From Pirellulaceae bacterium (GTDB taxonomy: Bacteria > Planctomycetota > Planctomycetia > Pirellulales > Pirellulaceae), in contig CAWKOT010000011.1 in NCBI GenBank assembly GCA_963851305.1, positions 329,716-393,715 on the forward strand: a stretch of DNA of 64,000 nt. The letters run 5' to 3'. Of the stretch, positions 20,586-31,369 are shown one piece after another. Both the position numbers and the translations under genes were made by a program. The notes below the pieces were generated by a model that was not told the DNA's origin, did no database searches, and saw only the letters and a list, made by a program, of their open reading frames with translations. Numbering within the stretch: the stretch's first letter is position 1; every line of letters starts with the position of its first letter.

Positions 20586-22342
20586 GGCAGGTACCTGTCC
20601 AGCGTATTCAAACGGTCCAGAATCAGTGTGGCTCGGGCTTGTCTCAGTTTTTCCAGGGCGAATCGCGGTTCGTCTTTAGGTGCCAGAATACCAAACGGTA
20701 ATACGCCGGCCTGTCGTGCCGCGTTGACATCGTCGGGAGTGTCTCCCACCATCCAGGCTCGATTGGTACCCAACTGGTCCAGAGCGGTTCTGACATTTGC
20801 CGGGTTCGGCTTGGCAGGGCCGTCCTCCATGCAAACCACGGCTGAGAAAAACTGGCTCAGTTGCTGCGATTCCAGGAAGCGGACGGCATCACATCGAGGT
20901 CGGCCGGTCACAATACCCAGTTTGATCCGCCGGCTCAGGTTCTGCAGCCATTGACGGTCAACCAGTTGTTCTTCCGTTTTCCACAGGCCTTCTCGCGATT
21001 CGTCCCCCTGGTAATACCGTTCATAACGCTCCTTGACTTCGTCGAAGGGTCTGTCGATGCCCTTTTCGCGAAGCAGTCGATGCGTAAAAATCCAGTCGTT
21101 GTTGGCGTCGCCGCAGAGTTTCTTTTCCGCGATCTCCATCATCGTGACCGGCAAGCCATACTCTGCGCAAGTCAAACGAATGGCTTCGCGGAACGAACTG
21201 GATTCGTCGACCAGTACCCCATCCATGTCGAAAAGCATGGCCTCGGGACGCAGAATGGTTCGCAAGGAAGCCGCCAGCCGCTCGTACGACGCCCGGTCAC
21301 CAGGACAGGTTATTCGCAGAACGTCAGGTTCACTTTGGAAGGACCTGACCGCAATCCCCAGCGAATCCAGTGCTTTGCCAACGAACTCAGCCGAAGGTCC
21401 GGTCAAACCGAAACGGGCGTACACGAAATTGGCCTGGGAAGGCAATGCTTCGGCGCCGCAGTCATTCAATAGATCCGCCAGTTGCTTTCGCTCTGAACGC
21501 ACCTGTTTCAGATATTCGGTGTCACCTTTGGGACGAGTTTGCAGCATCATGCCGGCAAATTTAAGGGCAGGCCCGGAAACCGGGTACGGCCCCCCTGCCC
21601 GATTCAACAGGGAAATGATGCTGTGGTGACCCATGGCGTAACCGACACGCAGACCGGCCATGCCCCAGGCTTTCGAAAACGTCCTGACGACTACCGCGTT
21701 CGGCAATTCCGACAGGGCAACCGATGTCAAATTGCCCGCGAGTAAGGCGTGCTCGTCGTCTTCGAACTCCGCATAGGCTTGATCGACCAGCAACACGGCG
21801 TGGGGAACGGCCGTTCCAATGGCCAAAAGCTCGTCAGTACCAATCGTGGCACCGGTCGGGTTGTTGGGCGAAACCAGCGCAATCACACTGGTTTTGCTGT
21901 CCGAGATCCGGATCATGTGGTCAATCGGAATACTCCCCCCTGTCCAGGGAACCTGTCGTATCTGCCCGCCAGCCACACTGGCGAAGTGCGGAATCATGGG
22001 AAAGGTCGGATCGGTAACCACGATGTTTCGATCGGCCTGAAGAAAGGCACGACAGATGCGATCGATCGCGTCATCCGCTCCGCTGGTCACGATCACCTGT
22101 TCCGGCGCGATGCTGAACCGGGTGGCGAGCATCCGGGAAATTGAATTCCGCGAGGGGTACTGTCGAATGTCATCGGGCGTGAAGAAGTCGTGAGCCAGAC
22201 CCGACAGGAGCGGGCCTTCGTTCGCATCCAGTTTCAAGTCGATGTGCGATTTTTCGCCAGCCAGCTCGTCTGTGGGCAGCCGCTCGATGCGGTCGGCCGG
22301 TTGAACTTTGGGGTCCCTGGTCGGTTTCAAATCAATCTTCAT
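20582..22342 (-). CDS. hisC: histidinol-phosphate aminotransferase fused to a C-terminal HAD-family phosphatase domain (candidate histidinol-phosphatase)
   Basis: The N-terminal 350 aa are a class-II aminotransferase (LDANEGP..., PLP-fold). The C-terminal 230 aa carry HAD motifs I (LFDMDGVLVDES), II (GIVTGRP) and III/IV (K...MVGDTPDDVNAARQAG). Confidence 0.85.
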   Translation of the reverse strand: MKIDLKPTRDPKVQPADRIERLPTDELAGEKSHIDLKLDANEGPLLSGLAHDFFTPDDIRQYPSRNSISRMLATRFSIAPEQVIVTSGADDAIDRICRAFLQADRNIVVTDPTFPMIPHFASVAGGQIRQVPWTGGSIPIDHMIRISDSKTSVIALVSPNNPTGATIGTDELLAIGTAVPHAVLLVDQAYAEFEDDEHALLAGNLTSVALSELPNAVVVRTFSKAWGMAGLRVGYAMGHHSIISLLNRAGGPYPVSGPALKFAGMMLQTRPKGDTEYLKQVRSERKQLADLLNDCGAEALPSQANFVYARFGLTGPSAEFVGKALDSLGIAVRSFQSEPDVLRITCPGDRASYERLAASLRTILRPEAMLFDMDGVLVDESSSFREAIRLTCAEYGLPVTMMEIAEKKLCGDANNDWIFTHRLLREKGIDRPFDEVKERYERYYQGDESREGLWKTEEQLVDRQWLQNLSRRIKLGIVTGRPRCDAVRFLESQQLSQFFSAVVCMEDGPAKPNPANVRTALDQLGTNRAWMVGDTPDDVNAARQAGVLPFGILAPKDEPRFALEKLRQARATLILDRLNTLDRYLP

Positions 22343-22428
22343 GGCAATCTGGAGAAGGAGAGTTCAGTTACCGTTTGCAGCTATGACGCGGGTTCGGATT
22401 TTGAAACATGCGTCGTTGGTTTATGGCG

Positions 22429-23310
22429 TCAGGGTACGATCTGGCTCACCTTGGTAACCACAACGTCGCGTCCGCCCACCTGCTTTACTCGAGGGATCAC
22501 AAAGGGTAAATCGGTGCGCAGGATCGCCGCCCGAACAGCATACCCCGAATTGCCGGATAACGTTGCGACGGTCGGTTGTTGCATGGCGGGCAGCACGGAA
22601 ATCACGTCTTCCATCTGTTCCGCCGATACGTTGACTTCAATCATCAGTCGTTGCCGACCATCCAGTACCGCCTGCAACAACAGCTTCAGATCTTCGATCC
22701 GCGATCGTTTGGCGGCATCCTTAAAGGCTGCCTGACTGGCGTACAGTCGCGTGCTGGAACGCATGATCTCGTCAATGATTACCAGGCCGTTGTCACGCAG
22801 TGTACTTCCAGTCGCCGTATTGTCGACAATCAGGTCCGCGTCCTCTGGCGGAAAGACTTCGGTCGCACCATTGGATTTGACGAAACCGGCGTCCAGATTC
22901 TTTTCCCGGATCCAGTCTCTGGTAAGCCGCTCATATTCGGATGCGATTCGCAAACGTATTTCCGGCAGCTGCCCGTCGCACAACAGTGGCTGGGGGGCAG
23001 CGGCGACCAGACGGACGCCATTGAGTTGGGTGTCCAGCACTTCGATGATGCCGTCCTCGTCTGAATCGGCCTGCAACTCCGCCACCCAGTCGGCACCGGC
23101 AAATCCGATATCGCGTGATCCCAGATGCAACATCTCCACGATATTTTGCGGCTTCAGCAGTTTCACCTCCGTGCCAGGAAGAGAGAGCGTCGGGCGGTAG
23201 CCGCGGTCAGAACAGATCATGGAGATACCGGCTTCGGCCAGTAACGCCGTGACCGCGTCCTGCATGCGACCCTTCGGCAGTCCGATTCGAAGAATGGAAT
23301 TTGTGTTCAT
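22429..23310 (-). CDS. hisG: ATP phosphoribosyltransferase (long form with C-terminal regulatory domain)
   Basis: MNTNSILRIGLPKGRMQDAVTALLAEAGI...; 293 aa. First gene of the operon. Confidence 0.9.
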   Translation of the reverse strand: MNTNSILRIGLPKGRMQDAVTALLAEAGISMICSDRGYRPTLSLPGTEVKLLKPQNIVEMLHLGSRDIGFAGADWVAELQADSDEDGIIEVLDTQLNGVRLVAAAPQPLLCDGQLPEIRLRIASEYERLTRDWIREKNLDAGFVKSNGATEVFPPEDADLIVDNTATGSTLRDNGLVIIDEIMRSSTRLYASQAAFKDAAKRSRIEDLKLLLQAVLDGRQRLMIEVNVSAEQMEDVISVLPAMQQPTVATLSGNSGYAVRAAILRTDLPFVIPRVKQVGGRDVVVTKVSQIVP

Positions 23311-23361
23311 GTAAGTTTCGTATCAGAGAACGTCTGGAGAGTCGTGTGGTTTGACTGATAT

Positions 23362-23389
23362 AAAAAAACGCTGGCTTGAAGCCAGCGTT
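23362..23389 (-). terminator. intrinsic terminator-like hairpin followed by a U-tract on the minus strand, between the kinase gene and hisG
   Basis: On the plus strand, AAAAAAA precedes AACGCTGGC-ttgaa-GCCAGCGTT. On the minus strand this is a 9-bp GC-rich stem, a 5-nt loop, then UUUUUUU. Confidence 0.5.
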
Positions 23390-23696
23390 CAGAGATGCTT
23401 GTAGATTGAAAATCACACCATCAGCCGGCCGAGATACACCCGGAATGAGGAACCCGATGATGGAGGAGACAGTGAGTCATGCCAAAAATATCCGGCGTTC
23501 GATCGTGGTCGTCAAGGGCAGACGTGGTAGGGAGATCTGCCTTCAGCAATTAAGTCCGTCAGCGCAAGGAAATCATAACGTCAAATCGGTGAACATCTTT
23601 TCGAATTGTTGTTTTTGCTGTCAAACAAACGAAGCCCAGTCCCGACAACGGCTTCCGTATCGGAACGGCCAGGTATCGCTGGACGCTGTTGTTGAT

Positions 23697-25119
23697 CTAA
23701 AACACGAATCCAATCAGGACACCAATCAGGACACCCGTCAACAGACAGAGGATCCCGGTGACAAACAAGGTTTGAACCGAAACTACTGCGGTTTCGGCTG
23801 GAAGTCGTGCGGCGGCTCGATATTGTCCACTGATCGTTGGCGGTGGTGGTTTCTCGGAAGGAGATGAAATGAATGAACCGGTTTCCTGACCCGGGTCATG
23901 CATGCTGATGGTGGGGCTGGGGTAACCCGTATTGGACGTGTCGCTCAGTTCGCTCATGGCCATTTCCGCGATGTCTTCCGGGTCGGTATCCTGATCGTCG
24001 ACCGGTTCGACCGGAGCCGCCATCCAGCGAGGACGGGATTCCGACTCGTTTACCAACAGGCTGTCATCGCTGGCCCACGGTGCCAGCCGCTCGGCCACCT
24101 CCATGGCGGACTGGATTCGTTCGGCGGGATCCTTCTCCATCATGTCGCCAATCAAGTCAACGAATTCATCGCTGACTTCATCGTTGAAACGACGGGGATG
24201 CCAGGGCGTTTCATGCAGATGGCGTCGAGCCTTGCTCTTGGGCGTTCCACCCGGAAAGGGAACTTTGCCGGTGATCGCGTAGTACAGCGTGCAACCTAAC
24301 GAATAGATATCGCTGACCGTGGTCACCTGGGCTGGAGTTCGGATCTGTTCGGGCGACAGGTAATCCGCCGTGCCTACGATCTTCCCGATACGGGGATCGT
24401 TTTCGTCGTTCAGGTAGAACGCCAGACCCAGGTCGGAAACCTTGGCCACGCCTCCAGGGGTGACCATGATGTTTCCCGGTTTGACGTCCCGATGGATCAG
24501 GTTCCTTTCATGCGCATGAGAAAGCCCTTCCGCGGCCTGCTTGATGATGTTGGCCGCCTGCTGAACCGACAGTCGACCCGAAGTTCGGACTAGCCGTCTT
24601 AGATCGGTACCGGGAATGTACTCGACAACCAGGTAATGGACCTTGCCATCCTCACCAGCATCAAACGCCCGCACCAGGTTGGAGTGATCCAATTTGGCCT
24701 GCGCCACGGATTTCGCGTCGAAAATTGGCAATCGACTCGGGCGTATTCTTGTGCAACGGCAGTACCTTGATCGCACATTCCCGTCCCAACATCTCGTGAA
24801 CCGCTTTGAACACCTGCCCCATGCCACCCTGGCCAATCCAGTCGGTGATCACGTAGGCCCCCAGCTTCAGCCTTCTGCGACCAGACAATAACTGGTCGGC
24901 CTGATAGGCGGTGACGACTTTCATCTTCACCAGTTGAGAGGCCAGTTTTCGATCGGAGATTTCCAGGGAGGTGTCCGACCTGGAGCTGTTCTGCAGCAAT
25001 TCGGCCGCCGCCAGCCGTAACTGGTCTTCAGTAACCAGGCCGCTTTTCTTACAGGTTTCCCGGAATTTTCGATTGTCGCCCATGAAACCTTCACTTGCGG
25101 ATAGCCAAACTGCAGACAT
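23697..25119 (-). pseudogene. tail-anchored Ser/Thr protein kinase; kinase domain split by a frameshift near 24720
   Basis: ORF 24661..25119 holds the Gly loop and VAIK motif (IGQGGMGQVFKAVHEMLGRECAIKVLP...FRREI). ORF 23697..24836, in another frame, holds HRDVKPGNIM, DLG and APE motifs, a Pro-rich linker and a C-terminal TM (ILCLLTGVLIGVLIGFVF). Confidence 0.75.
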
Positions 25120-25207
25120 TTTACCCTGATTTCCACCCGAAGACTTTTTGTTTTCATCGTCATTGTGGTTTTACTGCCGTTCGCAAACGGAAATTGCGTC
25201 ACAGATT

Positions 25208-25908
25208 TCACGATCCGCGGCGATTCTTGCCGGCGACCAGAAAACGTTGGACATTCCAGTAACCGGGTGGATCGCAGGCAAACACCATCAATTCTTGCCT
25301 GGTCGGATGCCGGAGGGTCAGGCGGCGGCTGTGCAGGCCGATTCCGTGCGGGAATCCCGCGGAGCTTCCATATTTTCGGTCGCCCACGACGCCATAACCA
25401 CGCGACGAAAGCTGAACTCGAATCTGGTGTTTTCGACCGGTCAGCAGGCTGATTTCGAGCAGGCTGAGCGCCCGGATCGACCCATTCTGCGATAACGCAG
25501 AACCGCACGTTTTGCCCCCGGTCGATGTGGGTCCCTGGTCGTCAACATGCGATGCCGGGCTTCATCCTTGACCAGCCAGTCCTCCAGTTCTGCCGATTCG
25601 CGACAATTTCCACTGACGATTGCCCAGTATCTTTTGTCGACCGACCCGCCGGCAAACTGCGCATTCAATCGGGAAGCCGCTTTGGAAGTTCGTGCCAGGA
25701 CAATCACTCCGGATACGAAAGCATCCAACCGGCTGACAATGCCGATGTAAACATTGCCGGGTTTGTCGTATTTCTGTTTGAGGTACTCTTTGGCCAGGTC
25801 GACCAGGCTCGACTCGCCCTGCTTCGTTCCCATGGTGGGCAGCAAAGCGGGCTTGTTGACGACCAGTAAATGGTTATCTTCGAAAATGACCTCAAGCGGT
25901 TGCCGCAT
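25208..25908 (-). pseudogene. RluA-family pseudouridine synthase, split by a frameshift near 25480
   Basis: ORF 25441..26238 (from MRQPLEVIF...) carries VSRLDAFVSGVIVLART. The downstream frame carries ALSLLEISLLTGRKHQIRVQL...GLHSRRLTLRHPTRQELM. Junction in GAATGGGTCG. Confidence 0.7.
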
Positions 25909-25935
25909 AAGCCAGTGGTTCTTTAACGATGGAAG

Positions 25936-26547
25936 ATGATGGAAGAAATTGCCGATTTGCTTGCCGGCCGCGATATTGTCCTGGCCAGTGGATCGGCCCG
26001 TCGTCGCCAATTGCTGGAACAGCTGGGCCTGCAGTTCAACATCATCATACCTGATGAAGCCGTGGAAGCGGGAATCTGCTCGGGTCGATCTCCCGAGGAC
26101 TTCGTGCGAGAAGCTTCCTGGCAGAAAGCGGCGGTGATCGCCAGGACCCTGGAGCACGAATTGGTCATCGCCGCCGATACGGTGGCGGTTTGCGATGGTC
26201 AGATCATTGGCAAACCGCGCAATCGCGAGCACGCCCATCGGATTCTGTCGACGCTAAGCGGCAAGAGGCATTTCGTACTGACCGGTGTCACCCTCTGGGA
26301 TTGTCTTGGCCCCAAGCATCTCTCCCGCGTTGAATTTTCTCAGCTGCAGATGAAGCCGTTGTCCGAACAACAGTTGGAGCAATTTCTCGACACCGATCAG
26401 TGGATAGGAAAAGCGGGTGCCTTCGGGTATCAGGACGGTCTGGATTGGGTGGCCATTGAAGGCGGCTACGAATCGACGGTGGTCGGCTTGCCGATCGAGG
26501 TGCTGCCCAGCATGATCCGTGATCTGGAACGGCAGCCTAGCGGATAA
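25936..26547 (+). CDS. maf: Maf-like nucleoside-triphosphate pyrophosphatase
   Basis: IVLASGSARRRQLLEQLGL...VIAADTVAVCDGQIIGKP; 203 aa. Confidence 0.85.
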   Translation: MMEEIADLLAGRDIVLASGSARRRQLLEQLGLQFNIIIPDEAVEAGICSGRSPEDFVREASWQKAAVIARTLEHELVIAADTVAVCDGQIIGKPRNREHAHRILSTLSGKRHFVLTGVTLWDCLGPKHLSRVEFSQLQMKPLSEQQLEQFLDTDQWIGKAGAFGYQDGLDWVAIEGGYESTVVGLPIEVLPSMIRDLERQPSG

Positions 26548-27124
26548 ACTGCTGAAATTCAGGATCGTCGATTAATTTCCAGTATTGTGCATATTCGGTG
26601 AGCGCGTAGCGAGGGCGATACCCCGCCTCTCTGGCCAACCGCAGACAGTCGATGGCCTCTTGTTTATTGCCGGCCAGGGCGTGCAGCAGCGACAATTGGA
26701 ATCTGGCATTGGCGCGAAAATTGGCAAACTCCAACACATCTTCCCAGGCCTGGATTGCCTCGGCAGAAAAACGGTTCGCTTCGGCTGCGGCTTGCTCCAT
26801 GACCGCCTGGTCCGGGTCGCTTGACCGCAACTCGCGACGAAGCTGTATCAGTTGCGGTTGTTGAAGTTGGTAAATGCTCCAGGCGTAGGAAAACCGGGCG
26901 CCCCCATTCTCCGGATCGGTCTGGCAAAGCCGTTTATAGTATCGCGCGGCCGCCTGCCAGTTATTGCTGGCCAGATGGTTGTCGGCCGTCCGACGTTCGA
27001 AGGAGAATTCATGTTCGGGTCGCGTTTCCGCCTGGGCAAGCCAGTTGATGGCCATGGTGATTCCAAAGAAACCAGAGGCAAACAACAACAGGATGACCAG
27101 GTTGGAAAGAAAATGTCGTGACAT
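26537..27124 (-). CDS. membrane-anchored TPR-repeat protein
   Basis: N-terminal TM (LVILLLFASGFFGITMAI) followed by TPR-like helices. Confidence 0.55.
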   Translation of the reverse strand: MSRHFLSNLVILLLFASGFFGITMAINWLAQAETRPEHEFSFERRTADNHLASNNWQAAARYYKRLCQTDPENGGARFSYAWSIYQLQQPQLIQLRRELRSSDPDQAVMEQAAAEANRFSAEAIQAWEDVLEFANFRANARFQLSLLHALAGNKQEAIDCLRLAREAGYRPRYALTEYAQYWKLIDDPEFQQFIR

Positions 27125-27217
27125 CGCGATCGTGGTACGGTCGTTTGCGGCAAGTGGGCTGAGGATCTCTGGGAATGGCTGACCGAAGCGCTTGCCGCCC
27201 GGGAAGCTGGCTCAACG

Positions 27218-29020
27218 TCAATTGCCCCCCAGCTTGTTGAAATACTGCCTGGCATGTTCCCGTTGGGACCGAGGCAGTTTGTCCAGGGAGACCGGAGCCA
27301 CCTGTTTATTCATCGACGCCTGGATCGTCTCACGCAATTCCGACATGGACTGGCCACTCAGGTTCCGGCCATCGGCGCTGCCGGTAACCACCGTTTCACC
27401 CGGCTGCAGTTTGCCTTGTACTTTCGATTCGAACATTCCGGTTTCCGTTTCCTGTTTGTCTCGAAGGCCAGCGCCACGCCCTCCTCCTTGGGCGAAATCG
27501 ATCCGCCGTGGCTGGCCGTCCTGGTTGCCCTGGCAACCGTTGCAGGCATTCTTTGCATTCTCCAGGTCCTGCATGACATCTTCCAGATCTTGCAACTCCT
27601 GCATCTCGCTATCCAACTGTTCCATCATTCCTTCCAGATCCTCCAATGATTCCAGGGCTTCCTTCATTTGGGCGTCGGAAGGCTGATTGCCTGGTTGCCC
27701 CGATTTAGATTGTCCTCCACCCCGTTTCGGCTGCCCGTTACCCGGTTTCATGCAATCGGAACATTTCTGCAGTTTGTTGGCGGTTTCCTTCATTTTCTCA
27801 ATCTGTTGATCCTGCTGTTGCTTTTTTTCCAACTGCTGTTGCAGCTGAGCGGCTTTCTCCAGGTCACCATCCTGCATCGCCTTCTGGATTCTTTCCTGCA
27901 ATTCCTGTTTTTCCTGCTGGTGACGTTCGGCCATCTTCTGCAATTCTTCAGCAATCTTGGCCAGGTCCCTGGCCATCTTTCGTTTTTCGGATTCGCTCAG
28001 TTTTCCATTCTTCAGATCGTTGACCAGGTCGCGAATGGCCTTCTGCGCCTCCTTGAAATCACCTTCATTAATCGACTCCGACAGTTTCCTGGCTGGGCCA
28101 TCTACAATCCGTTTCAGCTGATTCAGCTTCTGTTTCATTTCCTTGGAATCGCCACCGATCTTCTGCTGCCGATCGGCAATCTGTTTCTTGGCATTATTCA
28201 ATTCAATCAGAGCCTGCTTTCTGTCGCTCTTCGTTTTGCTGGAGAGATTGTCAATTTTCTTCTGGATAGAGTTCAGAATATCCGCCGCGTCTTTCAGGCC
28301 TTTCGCTTCCAGCTCTTTCGCCTTCTGTTCGATCTTCTTCCGAGGTTGCTCCAAGGCGATCTTGATTTCCTCTGAGTCCCCTTCCGCGGACGCCGCCACC
28401 GCACTGGCTGACGCGTCGGGGAGCAGGAACATGACGGCCAGCAGCACCGCGGGGATGACGGGCAACAGCAGCAGGCGATTCGGTTGCCATCTGAATTGAT
28501 CCCGCACATCGATCAATTCGGCCCGCTCATTGGCGTCTCGAATCAACGCCTGCCCCGCCTCCGATTGTCGTTCTTCTTCCGTCAAGGCCAGTGCCGTGGA
28601 CAGCCGCTCCTTTAGCTCGAAACGCCGGTCGACTTCGATGGCGGAATCCAGTTGGCGGTTGCGCCGAACCCAGGTCCAAATGATGGCCAACAGGCAGCCC
28701 CACAGGATGCCTCCCAGTGGCCAGGACAAGAGCCACAATTGCTGTCGGGATGGAGACTCCAGGAACGGAAGGTGCCAGAACTTGGGTACGCCCAATCCAA
28801 TCACCGCCAGGCTCAGACCGATGCCCAATGACAGGCACAGCCGTTTGGCAAACTGGATCAAGAGCATTCGGCGATGGGCCCGATTGACCTGTAGATGGAT
28901 CTGATTCATCTTTGAACCTGCAATCAAATCATTGAATTCAATGCGGACTGGCTGCACGTATTTTAACGCCGCCCGGCGATTTGGTGACCTATTCTGACCA
29001 TTTTTTCGTTCTCTCGACAA
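27218..29020 (-). CDS. hypothetical membrane protein with a long coiled coil and an acidic C-terminal region
   Basis: 600-aa ORF with two to three TM helices near the N-terminus and a very K/E/Q-rich coiled coil. The antisense ORFs inside it are artefacts. Confidence 0.5.
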   Translation of the reverse strand: MSRERKNGQNRSPNRRAALKYVQPVRIEFNDLIAGSKMNQIHLQVNRAHRRMLLIQFAKRLCLSLGIGLSLAVIGLGVPKFWHLPFLESPSRQQLWLLSWPLGGILWGCLLAIIWTWVRRNRQLDSAIEVDRRFELKERLSTALALTEEERQSEAGQALIRDANERAELIDVRDQFRWQPNRLLLLPVIPAVLLAVMFLLPDASASAVAASAEGDSEEIKIALEQPRKKIEQKAKELEAKGLKDAADILNSIQKKIDNLSSKTKSDRKQALIELNNAKKQIADRQQKIGGDSKEMKQKLNQLKRIVDGPARKLSESINEGDFKEAQKAIRDLVNDLKNGKLSESEKRKMARDLAKIAEELQKMAERHQQEKQELQERIQKAMQDGDLEKAAQLQQQLEKKQQQDQQIEKMKETANKLQKCSDCMKPGNGQPKRGGGQSKSGQPGNQPSDAQMKEALESLEDLEGMMEQLDSEMQELQDLEDVMQDLENAKNACNGCQGNQDGQPRRIDFAQGGGRGAGLRDKQETETGMFESKVQGKLQPGETVVTGSADGRNLSGQSMSELRETIQASMNKQVAPVSLDKLPRSQREHARQYFNKLGGN

Positions 29021-29147
29021 ACGTCAGTAGTCAAACCGTATAATTTACAGCAAAAACACTCGAATTGCATAAAACTGGCAATGGCCAGTTAATCGTGCCG
29101 GTAGAAACCGGAGCCATTTTTATAGATCAAACCCCTTCGTTGCCGCC

Positions 29148-29630
29148 GTGCCGACGCTCAAGACAAAAACACCCCCCTCCCAGTCAAATGCTGGAAGAAC
29201 CGCAGCGCCGTTGAACCTGCCCGATATCGATGAACAGCCGGGCAGGGACGTAGTCATCTATGACGGCGAATGTAACTTCTGCCGGGCGCAGGTCCAGCGA
29301 TTGAACTGGTTCTCTGGTGGCCGGCTGACATTTGTTTCGCTGCACGACCCGCGAGTCGCCGATCGGTTTCCCGACCTCTCCCTGGAACAACTGATGAAGC
29401 AGATGTACGTCATTTCGCCCGGCGGAGATCAGTACGCCGGCGCGGCCGCCGTGCGCTACCTTTCCCGGCGGTTGCCACGATTGTGGCTGGCGGCACCCTT
29501 CCTGCACATCCCGTTTTCGCTCCCACTCTGGCAGGCCGCTTACGATTGGGTCGCCAGAAATCGTTACCGCATTGCCGGACGCAATTCCGCCTGCGACAGC
29601 GGCACCTGTCAAACCCATTTCGATCGTTAA
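29148..29630 (+). CDS. DCC-family thiol-disulfide oxidoreductase (DUF393)
   Basis: VVIYDGECNFCRAQVQ...W..AYDWVARNRYRIAG matches the DCC1-like family. Confidence 0.7.
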   Translation: MPTLKTKTPPSQSNAGRTAAPLNLPDIDEQPGRDVVIYDGECNFCRAQVQRLNWFSGGRLTFVSLHDPRVADRFPDLSLEQLMKQMYVISPGGDQYAGAAAVRYLSRRLPRLWLAAPFLHIPFSLPLWQAAYDWVARNRYRIAGRNSACDSGTCQTHFDR

Positions 29631-29761
29631 AATTCAGTCCAGTCTGGGAACCGATCTGGCAGCGAAGCTGAGGCAGGAGGCCGCCAGCCCCAGTCATCCC
29701 TCGGTTTTGTTCAATTCGATGCCGGGACAAGTGACGTAACGTGTAGGCATTTGAGGTAATC

Positions 29762-31369
29762 ATGATGCGATGTGCATTGGCGTGGTTTGTGATTGGACTG
29801 CTTACTCTCTGTCCACCGGCCTGTGCCCAGCTCCAATCGCATTTTGACATGGAGTTGGAAAAAGCCGCGCGAGAGAGCGTGTTGGCAAGGACTCCCGATG
29901 AGCGGCGAGATTCGTTTCAGCGCGTCACCGAACTGCTCGACGGCAATGAACGCCTTGCTTTTCAGATGGCAAGGTATTTCACCAGCGAGAATGGCCGATA
30001 TCAAAATTGGTGGGTAGTCGGTGACATCCTGGATGAGCATGGAGTGGCGGCACTGAAGATTGTTCCCACCGTTCTGGTAGACGGGGTGCCAGATACGAAG
30101 GGAGCTACGTTTCGCCGTTTTTCGGAGGAACTTGTGGCTTCCGAATCGCCGCCGACATTCCTGATTCAGATGACCGACCACCCACATTATCGGGTTCAGG
30201 AATACGCGTTCGGTTGGCTGAATCACTTTCAGTCCTCGCAAGCTTTGATCCAGCCGCAGCTGATCAAGATTCTCTCCCGGCCGGCCGTGGAGATTACCGA
30301 AGACCAGATGAAACTTCGAGGAATGGAGTTGGCACTTCTACAGGAACGCGATTTCACGCAGCGCCGCATGGCCCTGGATTTGCTTGCCCATTTTGGGCCG
30401 GCCGCTGAGCCCGCGATACCGGCGATCATGAGCAATTTTGACAACGATCGCCTGAGATATACATCGGGATGTATCGACAAAGCACTCAAAGCGATTGGAC
30501 CGGCCGCCGTACAACCGGTCATGAGGTTCTTGAATGATCCATCCCCCGGGATGCAGATCCGGGCGATTCGAACGTTGGGCTACCTGGGCGCGAATGCTGC
30601 CGCAGCGATTCCAGCGTTGGAAGAAAGGCTGCAGGATCAGAATCGTGCGATTGCCCATGCAGCGGCTTTCTCACATTGGCGGATTGCAGGCAACTCGGAA
30701 AAATCGCTGCCGTTAGCGTTGGATGCCCTGGCTTATTCGAAGGCCGCCTACCAGGCTGCTCGCACCATTAACGAAATGGGTGCCAAGGCGTCGCCCGGCA
30801 TAGAGAGAATCTGTCTGGCCATCGAGTCGCCATTCTCAAAGGACATTGTGAAACAGGAACTTGTCGAATCGTTAGGCAAGATGGAGTGCGATGGCCAATC
30901 GGCCACCAAACTACTCAGGGCACTTTGCAGCGATGGCTCACCTCGATTGCGAATGGAAGCGGCCTGCGCGTTGTGGCGGATCACCGGCGATGCTGCATAC
31001 TCGGTGGATGTGTTGAGCCACATTTTGCTGTTGGGCACGGACGAATCGCCGCCGGTTTTTTATCGTCAGGTCCAGCACGACGCGTTGAAAAGGCTGGGCA
31101 GCATGGGGGCGGACGCCAAGTTGGCCGTTCCTGGGATACTGGAGTTTTGCGAGCATTCGAAGGTGTCGTCGACTTCATTTATTTCCAAAAATTTGGCAAA
31201 GATTGGGCCGGTCGCGGTGCCGGCGCTTCAAACCGCGAGTCGCAGCGATAACGAACGGGTGCGAAAGATCGCGAAGCAGGCATTGAGCGAGATCGAACGG
31301 GCGAAGGCCAAATCGGAGTCGGATTCGTCAGCTGGTGGATCCTTGAGCTGTCCGGAGTTGCTCAATTAA
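29762..31369 (+). CDS. secreted HEAT/PBS-lyase-repeat protein
   Basis: Signal peptide (LAWFVIGLLTLCPPACAQ). Repeated HEAT-like units (IRAIRTLGYLG..AAAIPALEERLQD...). Confidence 0.65.
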   Translation: MMRCALAWFVIGLLTLCPPACAQLQSHFDMELEKAARESVLARTPDERRDSFQRVTELLDGNERLAFQMARYFTSENGRYQNWWVVGDILDEHGVAALKIVPTVLVDGVPDTKGATFRRFSEELVASESPPTFLIQMTDHPHYRVQEYAFGWLNHFQSSQALIQPQLIKILSRPAVEITEDQMKLRGMELALLQERDFTQRRMALDLLAHFGPAAEPAIPAIMSNFDNDRLRYTSGCIDKALKAIGPAAVQPVMRFLNDPSPGMQIRAIRTLGYLGANAAAAIPALEERLQDQNRAIAHAAAFSHWRIAGNSEKSLPLALDALAYSKAAYQAARTINEMGAKASPGIERICLAIESPFSKDIVKQELVESLGKMECDGQSATKLLRALCSDGSPRLRMEAACALWRITGDAAYSVDVLSHILLLGTDESPPVFYRQVQHDALKRLGSMGADAKLAVPGILEFCEHSKVSSTSFISKNLAKIGPVAVPALQTASRSDNERVRKIAKQALSEIERAKAKSESDSSAGGSLSCPELLN

